A DNA stretch of 64,000 bases from Eledone cirrhosa. Lineage: Eukaryota. The translations under genes and the position numbers were made by a program. Positions 27,772 through 42,949 of this stretch are shown here, one piece after another. Positions within the stretch are counted from its first letter, which is position 1. Every line of letters begins with the position of its first letter. The notes below the pieces were generated by a model. It was not told where the DNA came from. It saw only the letters and a program-made list of their open reading frames with translations, and searched no databases. The DNA lies in the NCBI GenBank assembly GCA_964016885.1, contig OZ024740.1, forward strand, positions 299,956,001 to 300,020,000, written 5' to 3'.

Positions 27772-27980
27772 AATTGTTTCTGATTTAGGCCAGCAATCTG
27801 AAGGAGAAGGGAAAATTGATTAAATCGACCCCAGGGCATTTCTGGGGCTTTATTTTATCGAGCGCGTAAGGATGAAAGGCAAAACTAACCTCAACGGGAT
27901 ATGAGCTCAGAACGTAAAAACATGGGCCGTAACTCTATGCTGCAAAGCATGTTGTCTGACGCTCTACCGATACTGCCATT
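27772..27980 (-). mobile_element. tRNA-derived SINE, diverged
   Basis: Same family motifs (aaggatgaaaggc, gctctaccgatactgcca). Confidence 0.8.
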
Positions 27981-28008
27981 CCATAACAATAATGATCATA
28001 ATAATAAT

Positions 28009-28067
28009 AGAAGAAGAAGAAGAAGAAGAAGAAGAAGAAGAAGAAGAAGAAGAAGAAGAAGAAGAAG

Positions 28068-28097
<30 letters not shown>
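28009..28097. repeat. (GAA)n microsatellite
   Basis: Perfect trinucleotide run. Confidence 0.97.
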
Positions 28098-28098
<1 letters not shown>

Positions 28099-28628
28099 GG
28101 ATTTACAAATATATAATATATACTGGAAATGATTCGCGAATGGGAAAATGTAGGCGAGAATTGGACGACAAATTATAGAGGAAGAGAGAGATTTATTAAA
28201 AGGGGAAATGTGAGATCGAAGTATGCTTGGAAATTGAGTGTGAGTGAATGGCATGTAATATCACAGATTTAAAAAAAGCGAAACATCTATGGACACACAT
28301 ACACTTATCCACATACACATATTAGTAAATTTGCACATACGGACAAATACAATTAGAAAATCAGAAGTGGGAAGTAATAAATGAAGGAAACGTGATAGAA
28401 AAATATGTAAGAAGGAACATATCAAGGAAAATATTTCTAGTGAAGAAAACATTAGTTCCAAATGGAAGATACAAATGAAAACTGAGACGAAATTAAATGA
28501 CAATGTGTAAAGTTAGAAGACTGGAAAATAACGAATTTTTACACGACAGTATAATGTAAAGGTTGGCATAATCATATCAAGAATTGAACAAATATCTATC
28601 AATATATTACTAAAACTGTTGTGTTCAA

Positions 28629-28742
28629 ATGAGTTCAAATCCCGCCGAGGTTAACTTTGCCTTTCATCCTTATGGGGTCGATAAAATAAAGTACCAGTAA
28701 TACACTGGATATTTGCTGGCCTTGTGCCAAAAGTAGAAACAA
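28629..28742 (+). mobile_element. 5'-truncated SINE with flanking direct repeat
   Basis: B-box to tail; caatatattactaaaact occurs on both sides (~28600 and ~28740). Confidence 0.85.
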
Positions 28743-29679
28743 TATATTACTAAAACTCTGTGATTGCTTGCTTACTTGTCTGTAATGCAATACAGCCAAA
28801 AGGGCGCATAATGGGAAAATACTTTGAAAGGAAGATGCCCCTGAAATGGAAATACACATGGAATAAAACAAGTTTCGTGTAACTTGGAGCACGTGTTCCC
28901 GAGATATGGGGTTTTCTGGGTACCTTCATAAATAGAGAAAGAGAGAGAGAGAGAAGGATAGAGAAAAAGAGATAGTAGTTGTGAGAGAGTAGATTGAAAG
29001 AGAAACATAGAGAGAGGGAGAGGAGACAGAGAAGGAGAATAGAAGAGAGAGAGCTGGTGGTGTTGTCGTATATATATATGTGAGTGTGTGTATATATATA
29101 TATGTGTGTATATGTGTGTGTGTGAGTCTATGACCAGTGCATATAAATCACAGGCGCCCACATATATATATATACACACACACACATACACACACATATG
29201 TATACATACAGACACGTATATATATGGACCTTCCAGTTTCATTTCACATTATATACATGTCTGTGTATATTTTAATTATTCAAAAATGATTTTTAAGTGA
29301 ACATGTTTTAAAAAATTTATTTTGAAGTGAATGTGAACCAACGGGTTACGGGTAGTCTATTAGTTAATGAAGATAAAAACAGAAATTATTTACAATACAG
29401 AGATTTAAGATTTTTGCAGAGATAGGAAGAAAGAATGTAAGGGAAATTTTGAAAAAAGGTATGAGTGATCTTAGAATGATCTTAGAATGATCTTAGAATG
29501 ATCTTAGAAACTATGGCCACGTCACTAGTGTAATAAGTAAAGTGAATGAAAAAGAATAAATATAAAAAAAGAGAAAAAGTAAAAAAAAAGGGCTGTTGTA
29601 CAATCATGAATGCAGATTTGATGAAAAGGCTGTGAAAACGAAAATGAATTTAACAGTGGGAACGCGGGGGAAATATCGA

Positions 29680-30300
<621 letters not shown>

Positions 30301-32039
30301 GAGTGTTAGAAAGCTAGAATATATAAGGAATCGTATTTTAGGGATAAATAAAAGAATGAACCAATAACAATCGCAAAAAAATAGAAGACAACGATGGCAA
30401 TGAGCTATTGAGAAAGAAAAGGGGAGAAAAAGGAGAGGATGGAAAAGAATAAGGAGAGAAGAAAGAATAATATTGTGTGTATAGAAGAAAGGGAGAAAAT
30501 AAATATTCATACGAAAGAAGGAAAGAATAAATAGAAAGCTAGTATGAAAGAAAGAGGAAAATGGATAGAAAATTACTTCGAAAGAAATGAACAAGGATGA
30601 AGAAAAGCGTTAGCATTAAATGAAATGAAAAAGAAAGACGAATGCATTTAGTTGGAAAGAAAGATTGTAAAAAAAAGTAGAAAAAATAAAGGTTAGGAAA
30701 GAAAAAGAGAAGGAACACGGAAAGAAGTTATTATTAACAGAAGAGAGAAAGAAAGAAGAAAAACGCTATTGGTAAATAGAGGCAAAATAAAGAATAAGTT
30801 GATATGAAAGACAACGAGAAAGAAATAAAGAATAAGTTCAAAAGAAAGAACTTCTGAAAAAATGAAACAAGATAGAAATGTTGGTAAATGAGCTAGAAGG
30901 AAAGAAAATGGCGGTCAAAGAAAATAAGGAAAGTGGGAGAAGCAAAGAAACAAAGAACGAGAGGAGGAAGAGAAAGAATGAGAGAAGAGGGTGAATAAAA
31001 AAGACAGAAAAAAAGACGAATAAAATAAATATAACATGCGTAAATGCTATCTGGCAGACGCACGCATATATAAGTGCATACATTCACACATTCGCACGCA
31101 CTAACACATACAAATACATTCTCATGTACGCCCGCGTATGCTGAAGCACACACCATCTACTTTGAGAAATTAGATAAAAAATTTGCTTAGAAAATGAGTG
31201 CAAATGTAAAATCAATTTGATGGTTCTCTAGCAATATGACTAAGCTAGCATTAGATTAAACGGCATGACTTTCTGCTGCTAAACCGATTAGAGTTATCGA
31301 TCTTGCTTCGATTAGGCTAGTCAACTGTGTAGAAAATTAGTCTTCGATTGAGCTACAACGATGATGCTAGTGATTATGGTGCTGATTGATTGTTGTGGTG
31401 GTGTTAGCAATGTTAGAGATGTGTTAGTGTTGGGGTTGGTGTTGGTGTTGGTGGTGAGTGGATCAGTATTGCTGACAGTAGTAGGTGGGAATTGTTGGGA
31501 TATTCATGAGGTGTTTGTGTTAATGATATATTTCTAGTCTTGCAGAGGTGTTGGTGTTGTTAGCAGTGTTGGATCAGTGACCTTACAGCAGTTTTGATCA
31601 TAATCATGGTAATAATATTGCCGTCTTTTGTTTAACATCAAAGCGGCACTGGTCAGACAGGCGTATGCTTAATGCCATCCATGAATATTCCGTTTTATAA
31701 AAGATATTTTCTATTCCATACTACATTATCTAATGCCAGTGGTTAAGTAAACCTCATATACTAGACCTAACCGCATTTTAGTCATATGCACGGGAGAAAT
31801 TTGTCCGTGCAATATAACGGTATTGAATACATTCATACGAGAATCAACGAATCTTATAGTTTGATACTTCGCGACATTTCTTTCTCCATTACTTCAGTCA
31901 CCGTTGTTTCCCTCTTTTCATCCCTTCATCATTGCTAATGTTATTAATCAATATATCAAATAATCAATCTATTAATTAGTTAATTTTCACAATCCAAACT
32001 TTCTATATTTCAGACTTATTTTTATTTCATGTAACTCAT

Positions 32040-32262
32040 GTTGTTGTTATTGTAGTAATAACAGTATTTTTTGTTATTGTTGTGGTTGTTGTGGCTGTTT
32101 TTGTTGCTGTTGTTGTTGTTGCTGTTGCTGTGGTTGTTGTTGTTGTTGCTCTTCTTCTTCTTCTTCTTCTTCTTCTTCTTCTTCTTCTTCTTCTTCTTCT
32201 TCTTCTTCTTCTTCTTCTTCTTCTTCTTCTTCTTCTTCTTCGCCGTCGTCGTCATCTTCTTC
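32040..32262. repeat. (GTT)n/(CTT)n microsatellite
   Basis: Direct trinucleotide runs. Confidence 0.96.
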
Positions 32263-32602
32263 TTCGTCTACTCATTCATGGTATTCTTCCACTTCTGCCC
32301 ATTCCATATATTGATATTTCTGTATGTCCACTATCATCTCCGCCGATTTCCCACCTCTTTTAGCAGCAAACACTTCTTTGCTCCTGTATTCTTTATTTCT
32401 ATTCCATATACTCCAAACAAACAGAGACACGCACGTACACACCCACGCACATATACATATATACATTATCAAGGCATCACCATTTTATATTATATGCTAA
32501 ATACTTTGTTCTATCTCCTACTACAATCATTTATTTTTATTTCTCTATCTCACAGTGGTTATCACTAAAATAATCCCTCCAGATAATTATGTATGTATGT
32601 AC

Positions 32603-32722
<120 letters not shown>

Positions 32723-32920
32723 AGGGATGTATTTAATTATGTATCATATAAAATAATACAACTGGCTATCCGCAAAATACGTATAGTTAGCACCCCAAAC
32801 GTATAATTGGGATTATAAAAAGGTATATCCTAATGTTTGTTGAGTGAGACGGAAGGCGGTCGGAGTATTGCTTAAAGCTTTCTCTGTTTGTATATATATA
32901 TATATATATATATATATAAT

Positions 32921-35900
32921 CTATCTAAGGCGGGTAAAATTCCCGAGATCCATGGACGAGTTCTCTGCAGCGGTCTCTGTCCCTCATTATCGCTGCCATG
33001 TCCTGCGTCTCCAACAGACCAGTGTCTGTCCTTAGGGCATCAACATACGTTAACCTTGGTCTTATTCTTCTAGTGTGTCCATGTAGGGGCTCCCAAAGGA
33101 ACACTGAGTGCAATGTCAACTCTGGATGTCGGTGAGCATGTCCAGCTAACCTCAGTCTCCTCTCTGTCACTTTTGAGCTGACTTTTGGGATGCTCCCATA
33201 CAGCTCTGAGTTTTTCATCCTCAGTGTATACTGATTAATGTTCAAAGCCATCCTCAGCATTCTCGTGTAGCCCCCATCCACCATCTGGGTGAGTTTCTTG
33301 GTCAGTGTCCAAGTCTCAGACCCATACAGCAGCACAGACTCCACTACATCAATGAAGAGGCGGATTTTCAGGTCTCTACGAAGGTCCGACTTCCACACCG
33401 ATCTCAAGCTGTGGCACGCCGCCCAGGCCTTGCTCTTCCTCTCAACCACATCATCTTCCGTATTCCCAATCTTTGCTCCCAAATACAGGAAGCCCTCAAC
33501 CAATTCTAGCGGCTTCCCGCCTTCATTAGTGATACCCTCTTGCTTCTCAACATTCTCTACCAGATATTTTGTTTTAGTCTCATTCATTCTCAGCCCCACA
33601 CTCATCGACACAGTCTCAACCTCCCGCATCAAATCCTCTGCCTCCCTCACTGTATTTGTCACCAAAACTATATCGTCGGCAAATTCAGCATCCGATACCT
33701 TTTTCGCCCTAACTCTCCTGCTCTGAGCCGGTGCCACAGTAAAGCCAGAGTCCTGGTGTTTCTCCAGTGCAAGGCGCATACAATAGTCCACTACGATGAT
33801 AAAAAGGTAGGGAGCCAATGTATCTCCCTGGAGCACTCCAGCCAGTATCTCAAAGAACTCTGTCATCCCATCAGGTGTAATGACTTGGGCTTTGGTGTTG
33901 GTCTAGAGCAGTGATATCAGGTCCACTATCTTCTTGGGGATTCCATAAGCCTGTAAGATCTTCATCAGGCAGTAACGGTCCACAGAATCAAAGGCCTTCC
34001 TAAAGTCAATGAAAACCATGACAGCAGGAAGGCACTTTGCTCTAGCTCCTTCTAAATATCCTCCTCAGCATCAGGATGTGACTGGTGGTTGATCTACCCT
34101 CTCTAAAGCCGTTCTGGTTGTCCCTGAGCTTCTTCTCCATCTCAAGCTGGATCCTGTTAAGAATCATCCTGTTGAGGGTCTTTGCCACAAGTGACGTCAG
34201 TGAGATCCCCCGGTAGTTGTTGGTGTTAGAGAGATCTCCCTTCTTGGGCACTGGGACGATGTTACTGATCCTCCACTGATTCGGGGCAACTCCTTTCTCC
34301 AGTGCCCCGTTACAGAACCCCAGGATGATATCATCAAAATCACACCTCTTCATCATCTCTGATGCCACTCCATCTTCTCCATGAGCCTTGCCCTCCTTGA
34401 TCCTCTTCTTGGCTCTTTGAAGCTCCTCTCTGGTGAAGGGCTCTGTCTCAACATCCAGTTCCTCAAACAGCCGCCTGATCTCCCCAGTGCTCTGGGCTGT
34501 GGAGGGTGGCTCTCCTAGTAGGGTCCTAAAATGGTCTAGCCATTTCCTCTTCCTATCCTCGGGCCCCGTTCCCTGGATCTGACTCGAACACCTTTTCTTC
34601 CTCCCTGTGATCTCGTTGATGATCATCCAGCTCTCCTTACATCCAGATCTGTCAACCGCTCTCTCCACACTTCTGATCTTCTCTATCAGTGCCTCCTCTC
34701 TGACCTCAGTGTAAGCGGTACAGAGCTCTTCCCTCATCACCTCCACAGTCTCCATCCTCTCTTCCGTAGGATCAGCATAGAATTGGTCCTTGGCAGCTTT
34801 CAGGTGTTCTCTGGCTGCACACACTTTTGGGTTTGCAGAGCTGACGTGCTTCCCTTTTATTCTTCTTCCTCGGCACCGGGGTTTCACTTGCTTCCGCCAC
34901 TGCATTGGTGAAGTGCCCGTACCTCCTCGTCACACTCTCATCAGTCCATCCAATCTCTCTCTCCCCTGACTCTCTACACAGAGCACTAAACCTGTTTCTC
35001 ACTTCCACTGTGAACCTCTCCTGTAACCTATCATCTTCCTTGAAAGCTCCCCAGTCATAGATTGCTCTCCGGGGCCGAGCCGTGCTCTTTCTTAAGCTCA
35101 CCCGGACCCCACTCATAACAAGCCGGTGGTCACTACCCAGTGTACTGAAATAGTTGTATGGTTCTGTGTTCAGAACACTATTCCGCCACTTTTTCCTCAC
35201 CAGAATGAAATCAATCTGGGACTTGGACAGGTGCATATCTGAGATGTAGGTCCACATCTTCCCCAGATTCTTCCTAAACCTTAGGTTGGTCGCCATCAAG
35301 TTCGCCTCCAGCAGGGTGTCTCTCAGTAGTCTTCCATTTCGGTTGGTGTTGTTATGTAAGTACCAGCAAGGATCTTCACTGCCCTCCTTACTCAGATGTG
35401 CATTGAAGTCCCCCAAAACAAGCAGGATATTGTGTGCCTGAGTGGTGTTGACAGCTCTACAGACCTCCTCATGGAACTCTTCCGCACTCACATCACTGTC
35501 CTCCTCAGTTGGACTATAGGCTGAGATGATTGTCAGTCTTGGGTTTCCATTGAAGGTCACCCTCAACACTCACGGGGAGATTATTTCCCTCACCAACAGA
35601 TTGGTTTTTGCACTGAACACAAAACCCACTCCTCCTACTGCAGCATTTGTTGTGTTCTTCACTGCCGATGTAGCGATGCGCTGGCTACTCTTCCCGATCA
35701 TCACACTCCTCACGGGCTCATCGTGTAGGATCCTGTGTTCTTGGATCGCAAGTATCTGTATACCACTCTCCTCGATCAGATGTCCCAACTCCTCTCTCTT
35801 CTCCAGCGTCCGAATAGTCCTCACTTTCAAAGTGCCCATTTTGATGGCTCTTCTGCAGGACAAAACTGCATTCTTTATATTTGTCTCAGAGACAGCTGAT

Positions 35901-36244
35901 CCATCATCCACTGGCCCTCTCTGTGGCTCTAAGCCAGCAGAGTCATAACGACCAGGCTGCTCCTTGACAGTGTAATTAGGGGCTCTAACCCTAGTGCTGT
36001 TAGATCGACTCTCCATATTTATTTTCAATGGCTGATGATACCTTACCGGCGCCACTCGAATAAGGTAGTTATTTAACCCATAAATGGAGCCCTAACAGGT
36101 ACTACCACCCCGGGCCAGGGCAGACTTGGGAGTCAAGACAACTAAGGGGTAACTCCACATTCCCCACAACTCCTGAACTCCCGACCTGGAGCCTTGCCAC
36201 TGGATGTAGTTGCCACTGGATGTAGTTTAATGTCATACCCAGAA
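32921..36244 (-). mobile_element. Near-full-length RTE-like LINE (AP endonuclease plus RT), frameshifted
   Basis: APE: GTLKVRT, LAIQEHR, ISAYSPT, LGDFNAH, SQIDFILV, GSDHRLV. RT: PVPKKGD, NYRGISL, QNGFREGRST, GVLQGDTLAPYLF, EFADD. Short (TAGA) tail; GC-richer than flanks. Confidence 0.95.
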
Positions 36245-36258
36245 CAATATATATATAT

Positions 36259-36306
<48 letters not shown>

Positions 36307-36905
36307 ATGAGAGAGAGTGAGAGAGATAGAGATAGATAGATAGATGGTACACGATGAGCTGTGAATGTAATGTTTGCATGTGCTAGTAGTTGTGTTATCT
36401 CAACTGAAGGTATGTGTTTTTTATAATGATACTGTCGGTTCAAGTGCTTCAATAAGAGCTAGTTCTGCTTGTATTTCTGGGTGTTCATGAGTCTTGTTGA
36501 TGAGGTTTGTGTGGATCAGTGCTCGTTTGTACATAAATGCTTTTCTGTATTTATTACTGAGTGCTAAAAGATCTGCTATTGAACTTTGTGTGGAGTTGTG
36601 CTCGTTTGTGGCTATGTGCCATGTAGCCCTACGTATGTATCTACCAGTGTCGATCCATTAAATGTAGTATGGTGATCTAAGGTGGCTGTTGCGGTGTATG
36701 TAAAATGAATGGTGGGAAAAGTGTCTTACCCTCGTGGATCATGAGAAGGTCTGAAGTTGTGGTATGTTTAGTAAATACCGTGTTTGCATGAGGTCACGAG
36801 TTCATACTTTTTATCCTGAGAGGTTTGTGTGAGCAGAGTCCTCAGACACCCCTTCCAGCGGGTCCTGTTAGAAGCAAGCGTCTCTATTATCGGAGCTGTG
36901 ACCTC

Positions 36906-37340
36906 TTAATTCGGAGAAGTAGTGGTTCTATCTGGAGTGATTCTCTGATCTCCGAGTAACATTTCTCCAAATATCCTTAGGAGTAACCCTATTTCGGTTA
37001 CTTGTATACGCGTTTGTATTCTTTCGATCATTACCCAGAATTCTCGACTATAGGTAAGGGTTGGCACGAATACCGAATTGAAGATAATGTGTCTTGCTTT
37101 TACACCTACTTCCCTTCGTCTGATTTTCGAATGTTGATGCCGGCGCATTACAGTACCAGTTCCTGCAATCCTTGCACTTCATTCTGCTTCCTGCCTCGGA
37201 TCAGTCATGACCACAGCCCAAGGTTACTTGAAATTCTCCACCTGCTTCAGTGGAAATCCATGTTCATTTGGAATACAAAGCCCAGGCGTCCTTGAGAATG
37301 CGAATGTCGTAGTCTACGCGGCACCGATTTTCTTTCCAGC
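36906..37340 (-). mobile_element. Old decayed RTE-like RT C-terminal fragment
   Basis: IFNSVFVPTLTYSREFW..RIQVTEIGLLLRIFG resembles the RTE PxLxYGxExW region. Confidence 0.7.
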
Positions 37341-37512
37341 CATCCACTGTGGTAATTGTTGGCCTTGTATCAAAGGTCGAAAGGATTATTAAATATCATA
37401 TATCTTGTGAGACACGAAAACATAGTTGTACATTTGGAGGATCACATCTTTTCCTTTGGGGCTTGCTGTGTAATATGTCACTGTATGATTAATTATATTG
37501 TTTATGATATAT

Positions 37513-37675
37513 ATATCTATCTATCTAAGGCGGGTATAATTCCCGACGAGATCCATGGACGAGTTCTCTCCAGCGGTCTCTGTCCCTCATTATCGCTGCC
37601 ATATCCTGCATCTCCAACAGACCAGTGTCTGTCCTTAGGGCATCAACATATGTTAACCTTGGTCTTCCTCTTCTA
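37513..37675 (-). mobile_element. 3'-terminal fragment of the same RTE-like family as 32921-36244
   Basis: Near-identical to 32919-33073, with (TAGA)n tail. Confidence 0.92.
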
Positions 37676-40048
37676 GTACAGAATAACTCTAATGGAAAGA
37701 ATCAGAGGATCGTGACCAAGCCGTTCAACTGGTAAGAGCTCAGCCGTTTTTTCCCCGACTCTACTGTATATATATTGAAATTGAATTCTAGATAGCCCCA
37801 GGAGAATATATTTCTGTATTTTAGAAAAGGTGGATGAACACCATTTATGCATGGACTTTAAACAAAAATGAATATGTAATGGAACATTTATAATCATTGG
37901 TGACTATATTTTGTCATCGGTAAATCCAGGCCTTTTACTCTTGTTTGCTATATTCCATGGTTAGTAATTGAATTCGTACGTAGACTTGTATATTTGATTA
38001 CATAGATAGTGGGAAACAGGCTTAGAAATGCACTGTTGCACTTGTAAAACAATATGTGGTGTATAATAAAGTACCATAATCGTAACCCCATAACTAGATA
38101 TGAAATCGATAATGTTACGTTCCGTTTGTATTATTTACCTATAAATAAAATTTTCTGTTTTTTCTTGACCAAGCACTATTTCGATACTCTATCAGATAAT
38201 GGTAAGCTGTTTTTATGAGAATCATCAAACCTGACACTAATGTTGACATAACGCTATTTCGAAAATAGAAAAAAATAAAATGCTACCATGATAATGTAAT
38301 GACATGAAATAATAGTTAACCTTAACTTTACTGAAATCAAAATGAGATCAAAAACCTACCTATATTGTGTACGATACACAAGGGACATTACAATAATTAT
38401 GGTTGGCAGTATTTTAGTGAAACTACTAACAGTCATTTCTGGAGCAGGTTATATTTTAGAAATAATTTTTTCTTTACATTCTATCCCCTTAGTATTATTT
38501 TCAACATGGTATGTTAAATAACTCTCAAATTTTTATATTCTGCAAAATCTAATAAATGTTTGCTGTAATCTCAGGGTCCACCATTGTGATGAACGAATTT
38601 CAAAATGTACTTTGTTGTGGCTTTTATTGCCAGCATACAATTAAATTATTGAAATATATCAAAAGGCCGTAAGAATAAATTGAAAATACCAAAATATTCT
38701 ATAAAATATCTACATAAATTACCCACATTTGCTGAATCAATGTAATATTGTATTTATGATTATATGCTTAAATAACACGATTGAGGCCATACATGTCTGC
38801 GCGTATAATGACTCACACACAAAAACACACACACACACTACACCCATGCACTCATGCACTCACATAATATCATATTCCTGAACAAACACGAGCTATTTTG
38901 CCTACATTAACATCTAGTACATCTCATTCTTCCATTGTTGTATAGACTTGACTTTTCCAGGATTCTCCTTTTTTTATTTTATGGAAGACTATTTTATCAT
39001 TCTGCTGCCAGATTCTATTTGCCAGGACTGTGATGGCCTTCATTTCAGGGTCTCCAAAAGAATAGACATGGTAGTAGATCGATGGTTAAATCGATCGTGT
39101 ATCATACGCACATATATTACACTGTTTTCTACATAGTTGATGGTGATAAGTGTTCGGCCAAATATATAATTAGTTTGATATTATAGTTCTACTGCGGTGG
39201 ACAATTTTCCTTTATCCTACAAGAATATCATAGGGTTTGTTTTAGCAGTTATTTTTCATCTTTTGGATGATCCGAATGAGTAGTATATCTTCACAGATGG
39301 CTTACTAAATATGTTACTGTAACTATGTGGTGGTGGTGGGGAAATATTCGTCTATCAAAACTCAGAAAAATATAATGGATAAATATTGCACGATATTACC
39401 AAAGATTAGATTGCTGCCGTGTTTGTAATGATGCTCAAGAGAACACTAAGACGCTGAATTGCTCAGAAATTGTCAATTCCGATATTTGCAACAACATTCG
39501 ATACTCTTTTTTCAGTCATGTCTGTTTTATCGGTAATCAAGGGAACTTTACTTTATTTTCTCAGTTATTGATACTGATCGATTACGATAACCTGTGCACG
39601 TACAAATTTGAAATATCAAAATTACTCGATGTTTCTGAAGTCAAGATGGAATTATATTTTTATTTTAAACTGTATTATTTGTTTGCAGTACATACTTTTA
39701 ATATACTGTAGATTTTTATACATTAATATACTTTTGGACAACAAAAAGCTTTACAAATACCAGATGTTATCCTATATATAGTATGTGAGCTATTTAAGGT
39801 GTAATTCCTGAGGTAACCAGACCTAAAAACTCGCTCGAAACATTAGTAGAGTATAGGCATCTTAACTTTATATAGGACTAGAACTGTTTCATTCGTATGA
39901 AATGAAGATCCCTTTAAACAATTTTCATTTTCAGGTAAAATCCTTATGGTGAAACAGTTCTAATCCTGTAGAAGTTATTTCTATGTATGTACATACACAC
40001 ACACGTACACACATACACACACACACGCCCCCCCCCCCTATATATATA

Positions 40049-40270
40049 TGAGAGTATTGAAGTTTGCTTGAAGCATTGTGGAACAATAAGTAAATATCTT
40101 TAAGTCGTTTGGAAGCCTCGACAATGTCGAGGCTTCCAAACGACTTAAAGATATTTACTTATTGTTCCACAATGCTTCAAGCAAACTTCAATACTCTCTT
40201 ATCCTTACACCTGAGCCAGGAATTGTTTGCATCCGTAAACATTGTCGAGGCTTCCAAACGACTTAAAGAT
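40049..40270. mobile_element. Palindromic short element (family B), PLE pseudo-LTR-like architecture
   Basis: ~75-bp inverted arms centred near 40124 plus a partial direct repeat at 40239-40270; in (TA)n. Confidence 0.65.
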
Positions 40271-40293
40271 ATATATATATATATATATATATA

Positions 40294-40840
40294 AAGAATT
40301 AATATCTAGTAACATATATATACATACAGATGCATATCAATGCTGGCAAATATATAGGTTTTGTCTTAATAACATTGTGGTTCAATGCATGGGGTTGCAG
40401 AACAATAATATGAGAGACGTAAAATAAGAAAATTATAAAATTAACTTACTTACTAAAATATCACTTCCAACTAATTAGTTTCTGGAATGGAGTAAATATA
40501 TTTTCCGAAGAAAATACAGGAGAATCATTCCGTCGTCAGGGAAGTCTATTCTCATCTAAGTTTCCAGGCAAAGCGAGGACTCTGGAAACTTATTAAAAAA
40601 TAATTCAGTGGATAGGAAATAGCAAAGCGTGGACTGAATTCCTAGCCATTGAGAAAATCACTGCCTCTACGTCTGTGACAAATTCAAAAAGAATCAATCA
40701 CGTGACATCGAGGTCAATCAGTGGAAAGTAGTTTGCTAATAAGACAGCGGCCTGCCTACTACCATTCCAGAAACTAATTAGTTGGAAGTGATATTTTAGT
40801 AAGTAAGTTAATTTTATAATTTTCTTATTTTACGTCTCTC

Positions 40841-40842
<2 letters not shown>
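40294..40842 (-). mobile_element. PLE pseudo-LTR module (family F) with inverted partial copy at 40762-40842
   Basis: Homologous to 45042-45730; in (TA)n. Confidence 0.8.
40463..40545 (-). ncRNA. Hammerhead ribozyme with extended stem II (family F)
   Basis: ACUUCC-CUGACGA-cGGAAUG..CAUUCCa-GAAA-CUAAUUAG-UU-GGAAGU. Confidence 0.8.
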
Positions 40843-40872
<30 letters not shown>

Positions 40873-42177
40873 GTATATATATATATGTAACATCCATATG
40901 TAACATTCAGCATGAGTAAATATATACTGTAATACCATCTAAGTATGTAAAGAGAAGGAAGTAATCATTGGTCAGAACATTAAAATTAGCGATAGGCAAT
41001 ATGTTATAAGGACTAAGAAAAGTTAAAGCCTTTAAATAACGCGACGCTGTGAACGAGAGAATATAACATAAGAAGGGGAAAGATGAGTGTCACGAGACGA
41101 AGAGATAAGTGGTAATGATAACAAACGAAACAGTTTACGTATTTAGATTGTATAGTCTAGCTGAGACCGTAAATATTATTTGAAATGTAAATGAACGAAA
41201 TCGTGAGTCAGAATAATCTAAATATTGTTTAGAAAGATTCAAGAAAAATAGAGCATTTGGACATTAATGTACTTATGTAAATATTGTATGATTATATAGT
41301 AACGTGTAGTACGGTATCACTCATGAACACACATGTTTGATTTGACAGGTAAGTTTATCAATATTATATCTAAATGCATATTATTTAGGTGAATTAGTAC
41401 ACATATTCTACTCTGCATAATTACCAAGTGTTATCATCAATATTTGTTTAAATATTCATCAGGTTAAATGCAATTGGAACCGTAATATTAATTTGAAATT
41501 TAAATGAACAAATTCAATGTATAGCTAGGAGTCAGAACAAACTATAGGTTGTTTTGCATAGTTAACTATGCCAGAAGAAAAATCAGTTTGTAAACAATAT
41601 CGCCATTTAAACATTAAATGAAGATTTTCTTTATTGTATTAAGAAATATGAGACATTTAAATCAGATATGGCAAGCGGGTTCTATGTAGCTATCTTTAAA
41701 GATTTCTTAAAGTTAAACTAGCAGAGTTCTATTATCAATTAGAGTTACATGTTATAATTCTTTAAATATTTCATGCAGGCAAAGAAGCAGAGTTCAGTTA
41801 GTGTTAACTTATAAACAAATCAATGTTTTCATATTTCGTAGTGATGAGATAATTTACATATTGGTTGTAGTCAGTTATCAATATATTCCAATAACATTCC
41901 TAGTCAGAGTTCAATTAGTATAATTTGGAGATTCCTAGTGATCGATCGCATAATTCACAATGATGCTACCACGAAAAATGTATAATTCATCGCTATTCAA
42001 TGTGTTGCTTAGCGATATATGGTTTACACCTGTACGTGTATGCGTACACACACACACACGCACGCACGAAGCACACATACACATACATATATATATATGA
42101 ATTGTACAATATATGTATGAATTGTACAATTTTTCGTGGAAGCAACATACTAGTTGGTATAACAATACATTATAATA

Positions 42178-42364
42178 GGGCGGTGGATTGGCAGTATCGG
42201 TTGAGGGTCGCATGCCATTCTTTGCAGCATAGAGTTACGGCCCTTTATGGTCTGAGTTCAAATCCCACCGAAGTTAACTTTGCCTTTCATCCTTACGGAG
42301 TCGATAAAATAAAGTACCAGTAATGCAGTGGGATAATTGCTGGCCTTGTGCCAAAAGTAGAAAT
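42178..42364 (+). mobile_element. tRNA-derived SINE
   Basis: Full-length family copy with (AAT)n tail. Confidence 0.9.
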
Positions 42365-42949
42365 AATAATTATAATATTGCAATGCTATAATGTAAGAAG
42401 TAATGTTTCCCAATCATGCATACTCTGCATAAACCGGAATTGCTTACACGATTATCGATTCATCATGAATGGAAAATAGCCCCCAACTCTAAATGCTAAT
42501 AAGAACCTCAAACCTGATGTATCACTGCACTTGATTAGGCGATTGAAGCTAAAAATTACTACGCGTACTCTCGGCTCTGAAATAATAGGGTGGTAGTGGT
42601 GGTGGAATAAGCGGTGTGGTTGGAAAATTGGTAATATTTCTAGGTAGTCTCCCTTGATTGTTTTTTAAGAACCATAATTTTTCGTTTAGTTTACATATTG
42701 AAACTTCTACCCATTCTGTGTGTTGTATAACGTATACATTATTTTTGTAATTTTTTTTGTCATTAATAATGTTTTTTAATGTGTAAAGAATATTAATTGT
42801 CACAGGAATGCAACCTCTTAAAATAAAATTTAATCGGAGATACATTAGAAAAATTCAATAAGTGGTGCTGGGTGGAGGAATAGTTGCGGAGTAGGGGTGG
42901 AGTATATTCGAGACCCGAGAGTATGTGTTAGTCTTCCAATCTATCTTCA

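Noticed and set aside
29468-29508. (GATCTTAGAAT)x4 minisatellite as a regulatory or telomeric array
   Set aside because: Short local slippage repeat with no supporting context.
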